A DNA stretch of 29,601 nucleotides from a virus (Duplodnaviria; Caudoviricetes): IMG/VR virus record IMGVR_UViG_3300010361_000029, positions 1 to 29,601 of that record. One strand, 5' to 3'. The position numbers and the translations under genes were made by a program. Of this stretch, positions 17,871 through 24,873 are shown in pieces. The number at the start of each line of letters is the position of its first letter. Within the stretch, counting starts at the first letter, position 1. The notes below the pieces were generated by a model. That model searched no databases and was not told the origin of the DNA. It saw nothing but the letters and a program-made list of their open reading frames with translations.

Positions 17871-18842
17871 TCACTCAGTCGGCGCCGGATAGATCACCTC
17901 GACATCGCCATCGGTCATCAGATCGAGCGCAGTCATCAGCGCGACACTGAGATCGGCGACGCGCCCGGTGTCCTCGTGCGGACCCCAATCGGCCGGATAG
18001 GCGAGAAACTCTTTGCCGTTCGCGCGCACCAACGCCTTGATGGTCTGGTCGCGCAGCATGTCTTTTGGCGTGCGCTTGTAGTCCCAGCGACACGCGACAT
18101 AGAACACGCCGGGATCGAGACGCCGCGCGAGGCCGCTCGTGTCGGGCGGCTGATACTGCAGAAACAGATGCGGCGCGTCCTCGACATCGTAGAAGAACGC
18201 CAGCCCCTCATCGGCATCGACGCCGACATCGTCGGGACCGCCGAACCAGCTGCACGGGCCGCGCTGATGAAACAGCCAGCCTTCCGGCGGCTCGATGGGA
18301 CGGTCACCTCTGTCGATGTCGTCGCTGATCGCGTGAACAAGCGCCGCACAGATGTCGTCAAAGTGCGCGTTGTACAGCGACGCGTCGCCGGTGCTGTCGC
18401 AGAAGCAAACCTCGATCAGAATTGCCGGCGCAATGGTGTTGTTCAGAAAGAACAGGTCCGAACGATACTTCGCGCCGCGATTGACGAGCCCGCTCGCGTC
18501 GGAGATCGCGCTCGCCACATCCGACGCCAGCGCACCCTGTGTGACATACAGGCACTCTGTGCCGTTCGCCACGCCATCATGGGCATTGAAGTGAACCGAC
18601 ACATCGAGATCATGCGGTCCCGCCGTGTTGTGAAAATTCACGATGCGATTGAGGTTCTCGTTCTGCGTGGTCGACCAGTTGTCGTGGTAGACCTCGACGC
18701 CGGTGCCGGCGTTGTGCAGCAGCTCGGCGACCTTGTTGACCACCTTGCGCGCCTCGTCCACCTCATCGAGCTGGGGCGGCACCGGGTCGCCGCTGGCGCC
18801 GCGAATGTATTTGCCGTGACCGGACGAGATCACAATCCGCAT
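17871..18842 (-). CDS. N-acetylmuramoyl-L-alanine amidase (Amidase_3) with C-terminal DPBB/RlpA-like domain
   Basis: Start MRIVISSGHG. Zn-amidase motifs GHG, E (DEVDEAR), SVHFN, ILIEVCF. C-terminal SWFGGPDD...YVACRW...PADWGP...GRVADLS. Confidence 0.85.
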   Translation of the reverse strand: MRIVISSGHGKYIRGASGDPVPPQLDEVDEARKVVNKVAELLHNAGTGVEVYHDNWSTTQNENLNRIVNFHNTAGPHDLDVSVHFNAHDGVANGTECLYVTQGALASDVASAISDASGLVNRGAKYRSDLFFLNNTIAPAILIEVCFCDSTGDASLYNAHFDDICAALVHAISDDIDRGDRPIEPPEGWLFHQRGPCSWFGGPDDVGVDADEGLAFFYDVEDAPHLFLQYQPPDTSGLARRLDPGVFYVACRWDYKRTPKDMLRDQTIKALVRANGKEFLAYPADWGPHEDTGRVADLSVALMTALDLMTDGDVEVIYPAPTE

Positions 18843-18899
18843 GTTGTTCCCCGTGCTGAAAAGCGCTATTCTGGCGTCCACCTCTGGAGGGGGTTGCCC

Positions 18900-19058
18900 A
18901 TGCCGTTTCTCTTGCTGATCGCCGCCGCCATCATCGTCGGCGCAATCATTCAGGTGCGTTCGGATCGCAAGTACGGGCCGTATGGCGCGCAAGGACCGGT
19001 GCAACAGCCGCAGCCGCCAGCTCGTCGCATCCCAAAGTGGCTGTGGGATTTCGACTGA
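18900..19058 (+). CDS. Small single-pass membrane protein (52 aa)
   Basis: GGAGGGGG SD, MPFLLLIAAAIIVGAIIQV hydrophobic helix, TGATG coupling to the next plus-strand gene. Confidence 0.55.
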   Translation: MPFLLLIAAAIIVGAIIQVRSDRKYGPYGAQGPVQQPQPPARRIPKWLWDFD

Positions 19059-19264
19059 TGCCTCGCCGCACCACCGACACGCGTCTCGGCTACAAAGCGC
19101 TGCAGCTCGTCGGCGACGATGGCACGACCGAGCAGCTGCTGCTGTTCGCGCACGGCATCCCGCGCGAGATACTCGATGCGCTGGTGCGTGAAGGCACGCT
19201 GCAGGTCACAACGCGCAAGCTGGTGAAACCGAAAATGGACGTGCGCGTCTATCACCGGGTCTGA
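19058..19264 (+). CDS. Hypothetical protein (68 aa), possibly small winged-helix
   Basis: MPRRTTDTRLGYKALQL...ILDALVREG...; coupled to the upstream gene and ends 3 bp before the next. Confidence 0.55.
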   Translation: MPRRTTDTRLGYKALQLVGDDGTTEQLLLFAHGIPREILDALVREGTLQVTTRKLVKPKMDVRVYHRV

Positions 19265-19267
19265 GCG

Positions 19268-19585
19268 ATGGCTGACGAGAAACTGACGGCAGCTGACATT
19301 CAGAACCTGGGCGAGCCGCGAGCCGCGCTGCGCAACAACGAGCGCGAGCTGATCGGCGCCGGCTTCTGCCCCGATTGCGGTTACCGTGGTTTCGTGCTCG
19401 GGCCGCGCGGTGGCGCCGCCATCAACATCGAGTGCGGCAACGTCGAATGCCGTGCGCGTTTCAACATCACCTCACACCCGCACAATCACGCGTTCATCGT
19501 GTTCTGCGACCGTCTCCCGAAAGAGGGCGAAGGTGGCGCCACGTGGAACGAAGACGGCGGCAGCTGGAGCGGCGATCACCGCTGA
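19268..19585 (+). CDS. Zinc-ribbon protein (105 aa)
   Basis: FCPDCG...GPRGGAAINIECGNVEC..RFN; stop abuts the terL stop codon. Confidence 0.65.
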   Translation: MADEKLTAADIQNLGEPRAALRNNERELIGAGFCPDCGYRGFVLGPRGGAAINIECGNVECRARFNITSHPHNHAFIVFCDRLPKEGEGGATWNEDGGSWSGDHR

Positions 19586-20881
19586 TCACGCATACCCCAT
19601 CGCAGGATAGTCGATCTTGCCAGTGAACTTGGCGCGGTCGACGCGATTGTCGAGCGTGAGTGCCGCATAGCGAAATGCATCCGCCGCATGCGATGTCCAA
19701 TCGTGGACCGGGTTGGCGCGCAGCGCTTTCAGCTTGTCATCCCACACCGAGTGATACGCGCGCAGCGCCGCCAGTCCGCGCGCACACTTCTTCTCATCGA
19801 ACCAGCAGCGCGGCAGAAACACACGCACCGCATTGATGCCGTCCTCGACGCGCATCTTCGGTGCGATCTCGATGAAGTGGCGCAGCCCGAGACTTTCCAG
19901 CACCTCCTTGCGCGACTTGCCGGTCGACAGCTCCTTCACCTCGACATCGTGCGGCAGGATGTGGCCGGCATACACGTAGCGCCGGTCGTTGATCTGTTGC
20001 ACGTAGTGCCCCAGGTCCATGCCTGAAGCCTCGTAGTAGTCGATGACTCGCACCTCGCCTTTGCCATGCGGCTGCAGAAACCAGATCGCGGTGGCGTCGC
20101 GCATTCCCAAATCCCACGCGGTCCACACCTGCAGCGCCGGGTCGTAGGGCACGCTGGTGATCTGCGTCGGCTTGCGCGCCTCGATCTCGTTGATGATCTT
20201 CGCGTAGTACGCGCCGGGGATCGCAGCGTCGAACGAGCACTCGTATTCCTGCGCGTACTGATCCTCGCTCATGTCCTGGCGCGCAGCGGCCAGCTCCTCG
20301 GGCGGCAAGATGGCCGTCTCACTCGCCTTGAGCATGAGCGAGTACCAGCCATCCGGGTCTTTGACCGCACGATCATACGTGGCAAAAAATTCATTCCGCC
20401 CACGTGGCGTGCCGATGAACGTCGCCCATCCCTGCCGGTCGGACAGCGCGGGGCGGATCACCTCGGGATACGCACGCGGATCGAACAGCGCGACCTCGTC
20501 GCACACGGCGCCATCGAGATAGACGCCGCGCATCGCATCCATGTTGTCGGCGCCGAACAGCCTGATCTGCGATCCATTCGGATAGTCGACGCGCAGCTCG
20601 GACTGATGGATCGCGCAGCCATACTGGCGCAGTGGATCGCACGCCTGCTGCAGATAATCCCAGGCGACCGTCTTCGCCTGCTTCAGAAACGGCGCGATGT
20701 ACGCGTAGCGCGCACGATCCATCTCCGTGGACAGCGCTCGCTTCTGCATGTCGTGAACGGTCGCGACCGTCTTGCCCGCGCGACGATGGCACACAAGGCA
20801 GGCAAATCGCTGCAGGCGATTGTGATACGGGATGAACTGTCGGCGCGGCGTGTAGTTGATGACGACGGGCGCGACATCCAT
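19586..20881 (-). CDS. terL: Terminase large subunit
   Basis: HRRAGKT Walker A, YIAP, GVYLDGAVCDE Walker B, FIGTPRG, QEYECSF, TAWDLG nuclease motif, HAADAFRY. Start MDVAP (TGATG overlap). Confidence 0.95.
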   Translation of the reverse strand: MDVAPVVINYTPRRQFIPYHNRLQRFACLVCHRRAGKTVATVHDMQKRALSTEMDRARYAYIAPFLKQAKTVAWDYLQQACDPLRQYGCAIHQSELRVDYPNGSQIRLFGADNMDAMRGVYLDGAVCDEVALFDPRAYPEVIRPALSDRQGWATFIGTPRGRNEFFATYDRAVKDPDGWYSLMLKASETAILPPEELAAARQDMSEDQYAQEYECSFDAAIPGAYYAKIINEIEARKPTQITSVPYDPALQVWTAWDLGMRDATAIWFLQPHGKGEVRVIDYYEASGMDLGHYVQQINDRRYVYAGHILPHDVEVKELSTGKSRKEVLESLGLRHFIEIAPKMRVEDGINAVRVFLPRCWFDEKKCARGLAALRAYHSVWDDKLKALRANPVHDWTSHAADAFRYAALTLDNRVDRAKFTGKIDYPAMGYA

Positions 20882-21216
20882 CAGCCACCTCGCAACCCGC
20901 ACGCCTCACGCAGCTCGCGGATCAGCGGCGCCATGCCGATGAGCCACGGCTGATCATCGATCCAGATCGCGACATCGACGCCGACCTCGGCCATGTACTC
21001 GGCCTTCGGTCGACCGCCCGTGTAGAACACCTCGCCGGGGAAATCGGTGATCCGCCATTGCGGTGTGTCGGGGCGAAACGAAACGCAGAACACGCGCGCA
21101 CCTGCTTCGCTCAGCAGCTTGCACACTGCGCTCCACGTCTCAGGGCACGTCGTGAACGTGTCGTCGTAATCGACCGCAATGCCCAGCGGACGCACCGCCT
21201 CCTTCAGCTCGCTCAT
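20881..21216 (-). CDS. HAD-superfamily phosphatase-like protein
   Basis: IAVDYDDTFT (DxDxT motif I), CVSFR (motif II), K, IWIDDQP (motif IV). 111 aa, capless. Confidence 0.7.
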   Translation of the reverse strand: MSELKEAVRPLGIAVDYDDTFTTCPETWSAVCKLLSEAGARVFCVSFRPDTPQWRITDFPGEVFYTGGRPKAEYMAEVGVDVAIWIDDQPWLIGMAPLIRELREACGLRGG

Positions 21217-21305
21217 CGCAACAGCAGTCCGACGATCAGCCCGAGCACGAGCCCGAGCAGGATGCCGCCGAACAGCTCAACGTCGAACCTTCGGGGGCGC
21301 CACAT
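21213..21305 (-). CDS. Possible 30-aa membrane peptide
   Basis: MWRPRRFDVELFGGILLGLVLGLIVGLLLR; stop overlaps the HAD gene start (ATGA). Confidence 0.4.
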   Translation of the reverse strand: MWRPRRFDVELFGGILLGLVLGLIVGLLLR

Positions 21306-21639
21306 GCGGTTTCGCTTTGCGTTCTGGCTCGGCCGGCGCGGCCACCTGTTGGGGCTGCTGTGCATGGGCGTCCGCCGTGAATGTGATGGTCGTGCCGCGC
21401 TGCCGCTCGTCGGGATTGAGCAGCTCCGCGACCATCTGCACGGCGCGCTGCTGCAGCACCGTCGCGTCGCCGAGCAGCGGCGCAGTCGTGATCTGGAACG
21501 GAACGCCTTCCGGCGTCGCGCCGGTTGCACGCAGCGTCTGCGCGCGTCCGTCGTCCGAGTACTGCATGGTGAGCGTGGAAAGGATCAGCTTGTCGCCGGC
21601 TGCTTGCGTGAATGCGTCGCGGATCAGAACGATGGACAT
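21277..21639 (-). CDS. Hypothetical protein (120 aa)
   Basis: Strong AGGAGG SD and a coherent ORF. Confidence 0.6.
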   Translation of the reverse strand: MSIVLIRDAFTQAAGDKLILSTLTMQYSDDGRAQTLRATGATPEGVPFQITTAPLLGDATVLQQRAVQMVAELLNPDERQRGTTITFTADAHAQQPQQVAAPAEPERKAKPHVAPPKVRR

Positions 21640-21647
21640 GTCGCCTC

Positions 21648-21842
21648 CTATCGCACGCGGCGGGTCGGGCCTTTGCGCTGCGCCGGGCGCTTAGCGAGCG
21701 CGCGGCCGAGCAGGTTGCCGCCTTTGTCCGCCTGATTGAACTCTTGCGCGACGCTCTGCTTGATGCCGACGCGTTGCGCGAACGCAGGATTGTGCGCAGC
21801 CGCTGCCATGAAGCGCGCCTGCTTCGGTGTTTTGCTGGGCAT
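21648..21842 (-). CDS. Conserved small basic phage protein
   Basis: MPSKTPKQARFMAAAAHNPAFAQRVGIKQSVAQEFNQADKG, a widespread motif near phage packaging genes. Confidence 0.75.
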   Translation of the reverse strand: MPSKTPKQARFMAAAAHNPAFAQRVGIKQSVAQEFNQADKGGNLLGRALAKRPAQRKGPTRRVR

Positions 21843-21849
21843 CGGGGTT

Positions 21850-22178
21850 CCTATCGAGCGCCGAGCCAATAGCCGATGGCGAAAAGGGCGAGCGCTGCGA
21901 GCAGAGAAAGGGTGGCGTAAAAGCGAAAAAGGAAACGGAAACCTGCATCAAACTCGCCCATTAAAAGCCTCCAAAAAATCCCAAAAAAAATTCCGCAAAA
22001 CCCATCATTGGGTTTGTGCGGATAGGTGGGGTTGAGAGCGACGGGCGGTTAAAGGGGCGTTTTACGAAACCCTCCGGGGGAGGGTCATGCACCAGGGCGC
22101 GCGAGGCGCCGGCCGCGTATTAAGCGGGCTGTGAGCCACACAGCGCGCCTCCTTCCGAGCTGGAGCTACACGCAACCG
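21850..22178. other. Non-coding A-tract/hairpin region (candidate packaging or terminus site)
   Basis: Several A runs (about 21963-22000) in a GC-rich genome, inverted repeats AAACCCA-TCAT-TGGGTTT and ACCCTCC-GGG-GGAGGGT, directly downstream of putative terS. Confidence 0.4.
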
Positions 22179-22577
22179 TCACACAGGCGGTTGATCGGCG
22201 TCCGTTTCCTGAGTCAGCTCAATGACTTGCTCGGCCGGTTTACGGCCGTCCAGCTGTACACCGTTCCCAGGCGCCGGGAGCGCTTCAGGCTCGACCACCG
22301 GCAACTCATTGTTTCCGCTGACTTTCCAGCTGATTTGCAACTTGACCGGGCCTTCACCGTCCGCACCCGTCACGGGCTGCGGCACGCGGCCGTCGATGCG
22401 GTCGTACACGAGCTGCTGCGCCCACTGCTCGCCTTCCAACGCGAGCCGCAGCGTGCAGCTAACGAGCTGATGCAGCTTCCGCCGGTCGTTGGCGAGCAGC
22501 TCGGCGCGCAGCAGATCGGCGAGCGGGCGCCCGCCCTTTGTGTACCCGTTGATGCCGCGTGGATTGCGTGGCTCCAT
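22179..22577 (-). CDS. Putative terminase small subunit
   Basis: NPRG...GGRP N-terminus, helical core, DRIDGRVPQPVTGADGEGPV tail; lies upstream of terL. Confidence 0.6.
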   Translation of the reverse strand: MEPRNPRGINGYTKGGRPLADLLRAELLANDRRKLHQLVSCTLRLALEGEQWAQQLVYDRIDGRVPQPVTGADGEGPVKLQISWKVSGNNELPVVEPEALPAPGNGVQLDGRKPAEQVIELTQETDADQPPV

Positions 22578-22658
22578 TGCGCTTACGCTTTTTCGATTGT
22601 TTCATTGGAAGGTTTTTCCCTGGTGCTTTGATAGTTCCCCACGATCATTTATCGAAAC

Positions 22659-23180
22659 TCACTCACACTCGCGCGATTTTGTATAGCCCTGTCGATACAG
22701 GATGCCATCGAGCGCCAAGCGATACACATCGAGCGTCTCTGTCACAGGTTCGTCATATGCGCACATCGCTGTCACATGCGACGCGTGCGCAAAGCTGAGC
22801 ACGTCGCGCAACGCATTCCACATCGTGCGATACGCGCGACGTGCGCGTTCTGCCTGCAGATCAGTGATGTTGCCGCCACCAACACGCGCACCATCGAGCG
22901 GAAACGCACCGCGATCTGGTCGCGGCACACCGACGACAGCGTGCCAGCGTCGCGTGACATCGCGCACGTACACGCCAGCTTCGTACTGCTGCTCACTGAT
23001 CTCATTGTTGAGCCGCATGCGTCCGAGATACGTTGCAGCTCGCGCATCACGCCGCAGCTCAGGAGCACGCACAGCACGTCGATGCGGCATGGCTTGTGCG
23101 ATAGCCACGACATCGAGCACACGCTCCACGACCTTCCTACGGGCTTTGCGGGGGCGTCCCCGTCGCTCGATCCGTCGCAT
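22659..23180 (-). CDS. Putative late-transcription regulator (DUF6456-like)
   Basis: RGRPRK AT-hook-like start and LGRMRLNNEISEQQYEAG motif. Last gene before the packaging module. Function inferred from position. Confidence 0.5.
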   Translation of the reverse strand: MRRIERRGRPRKARRKVVERVLDVVAIAQAMPHRRAVRAPELRRDARAATYLGRMRLNNEISEQQYEAGVYVRDVTRRWHAVVGVPRPDRGAFPLDGARVGGGNITDLQAERARRAYRTMWNALRDVLSFAHASHVTAMCAYDEPVTETLDVYRLALDGILYRQGYTKSRECE

Positions 23181-23574
23181 GGCGCAGCTGACCTTCCTTG
23201 TAGATGTGCAAGAACCCCTGCGGCTCGATCTCGATCACATAGCGCAGCTTTCCGGCTTTCGTCGTGCCGAGCATGCGCACCTCACCAACGACTACATAGT
23301 CACCGACCCACTTCTCGACACGGTCGCCAATCACGAACCGAGCAGCTGCGACTGCCGCGTCGGCCGCAACCTGCGCCGCGAGAGCCGCTGCATCACGATC
23401 CTTGCGCGCCTGCATTGCCTGCTCCAGCCCCGAAATCGAAATGCGCCATTGCCACCCGACACGATACGCACCCGGCATCTTTCCGTCGCTCAGCAATCGA
23501 TACGCTGTGTCACGCGTGATGCCGAGACGCTGCGCCGCTTGCGTCGCTGTGATCCAATCCTTGTCTTTCGGCAT
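23137..23574 (-). CDS. Excisionase-like HTH (HTH_17) fused to SH3-like beta domain
   Basis: ITATQAAQRLGITRDTAYRLLSDGKMPGAYRVGWQWRI, an Ala-rich linker, then FVIGDRVEKWVGDY..VGEV...RYVIE...LHIY.EGQL. Confidence 0.7.
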   Translation of the reverse strand: MPKDKDWITATQAAQRLGITRDTAYRLLSDGKMPGAYRVGWQWRISISGLEQAMQARKDRDAAALAAQVAADAAVAAARFVIGDRVEKWVGDYVVVGEVRMLGTTKAGKLRYVIEIEPQGFLHIYKEGQLRHATDRATGTPPQSP

Positions 23575-23578
23575 GACA

Positions 23579-24151
23579 TCACCCGGCACCAAATTGCGGA
23601 ATAGGATCGCCATCGTGCGGCAGCTCGGGCACACGCACACGAGCTGCCACTACCTCTGCACCGGGCCACAGCTCCTTGGCTGCTGCAATCAGCGGGAACG
23701 CTGTGATCACGCGCGCGATCTCGTCCAGCGTCCACAGCTCCAGCTGCCGTCCCTGCTGCGCCACATGCCGTGCCTCTGCGCTCGTCCTTACAAGCGCCGC
23801 CACACGTCCGTCGCCGAGCTGGACCTCCCAGACCAGGGGGTGCAATTCCAACGCACCCATGGCCTCCGCTGCGCGACTGAGAGCCATCCAGGCGTTGAGC
23901 ATCCGCTGACCCTGGCGCCGCACGTCCTCGATGGTTCCATGGTTGATCGCGGTCGCCAACATGTCAGCCTGTCGATCAAATCTGACACGCAAGTCAGCAT
24001 CGACCACGAGCCGCAATCGACCGACACCCCATCTCCGCTCCATCTCGCCACGCACATGCTCGACGCCATCGATGATCGCCTGTCCCTCCTGCGCAAAGTA
24101 CGGCACCTGCATCCATGGCGGCGACCACATCGCACCCGGCTTGAGCTGCAT
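23579..24151 (-). CDS. Conserved hypothetical phage protein (190 aa)
   Basis: EMERRWGVGRLRLVVD.DLR.RFDRQ motif, ends DGDPIPQFG; TGATG overlap. Confidence 0.65.
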   Translation of the reverse strand: MQLKPGAMWSPPWMQVPYFAQEGQAIIDGVEHVRGEMERRWGVGRLRLVVDADLRVRFDRQADMLATAINHGTIEDVRRQGQRMLNAWMALSRAAEAMGALELHPLVWEVQLGDGRVAALVRTSAEARHVAQQGRQLELWTLDEIARVITAFPLIAAAKELWPGAEVVAARVRVPELPHDGDPIPQFGAG

Positions 24152-24396
24152 CACGCTGGCCTCCCTGTGTCTGCGCGCAGTCTGCGATAGTGCTCGTATC
24201 GCCGCAGCGCCAGCATCCACGCGCAATTGAGCCGCTGCAGCGCTGGGCTGCCTGGATGCGTGTTCAGCACATCGAGCGCATACTCCACCTCATCGAGCGC
24301 TTCGAGCAGCGCACGACAGCTCCACCCGAGCCCGTATGGTTCCGGCTGCTCGGTGATCGCCCACATCTCATCGAGGGTGATTTCAAAGTGCCGCAT
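24151..24396 (-). CDS. Hypothetical protein (81 aa)
   Basis: GGAGGT SD before MRHFEITLDEMW; coupled to the downstream gene. Confidence 0.55.
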   Translation of the reverse strand: MRHFEITLDEMWAITEQPEPYGLGWSCRALLEALDEVEYALDVLNTHPGSPALQRLNCAWMLALRRYEHYRRLRADTGRPA

Positions 24397-24530
24397 CACG
24401 GTGGAACCTCCCAAAGATTTTGTTCCACCCCAACCCGTCTTCCGCCTGCATCGAGCGCTCGCCTCTGCTCAGAGTCAATGGACATTGTTCCAACCTGTAC
24501 CTTGGTTCAGGTTCCGCCAAAAATGAGCAT

Positions 24531-24665
24531 CGCCTGTGACAGTCAGCTTTCGCCGCCGTGCCTGTGACAGTGACAGTCGTCCCCTAAAGGGGGACACGAC
24601 TGTCACAGCCACATGTGTACACTCGCGTGACAGTCGGTGACGGTGACTGGCACGCGACTGTCACA
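24531..24665. repeat. Iteron cluster with central hairpin: candidate replication origin
   Basis: GTGACAG at 24536, 24564, 24570 and 24627; variants at 24637 and 24643; inverted CTGTCAC at 24600 and 24658. Hairpin GTGACAGTCGT-CCCC-TAAAG-GGGG-AC-ACGACTGTCAC. Confidence 0.7.
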
Positions 24666-24873
24666 CGCTCTCGGCCATGAAGGCGTGAGCCCAATCCTGG
24701 CGATAGTCGCAATGCGGACAAATCCAGCCTCGTCGTGTTGCTACCAGAGTACGGTCGCCGCCACCGGCGTGACCGGGGCAGGTGAACTCATGCACGATGC
24801 CGGCGTGTTGCCAGCGGTTGAGCCCGTCGACCTGGGCAGCGGTCCATGGCGCAACGATGCGCTCAGTCTCCAT
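24661..24873 (-). CDS. Small zinc-binding protein (70 aa)
   Basis: APWTAAQVDGLNRWQ...HEFTC...LVAT..GWICPHCDYRQDWAH; AGGAGAGG SD. Confidence 0.65.
   Translation of the reverse strand: METERIVAPWTAAQVDGLNRWQHAGIVHEFTCPGHAGGGDRTLVATRRGWICPHCDYRQDWAHAFMAESV

Noticed and set aside
21850-22178. tRNA gene in the intergenic gap
   Set aside because: No cloverleaf or T-loop consensus was seen.
22578-22658. Late promoter upstream of putative terS
   Set aside because: AT-rich and well placed, but I could not identify convincing -35/-10 elements.
24531-24665. Possible CRISPR mini-array
   Set aside because: Repeats are only about 7 bp, irregularly spaced and in both orientations. No spacer structure or cas genes.
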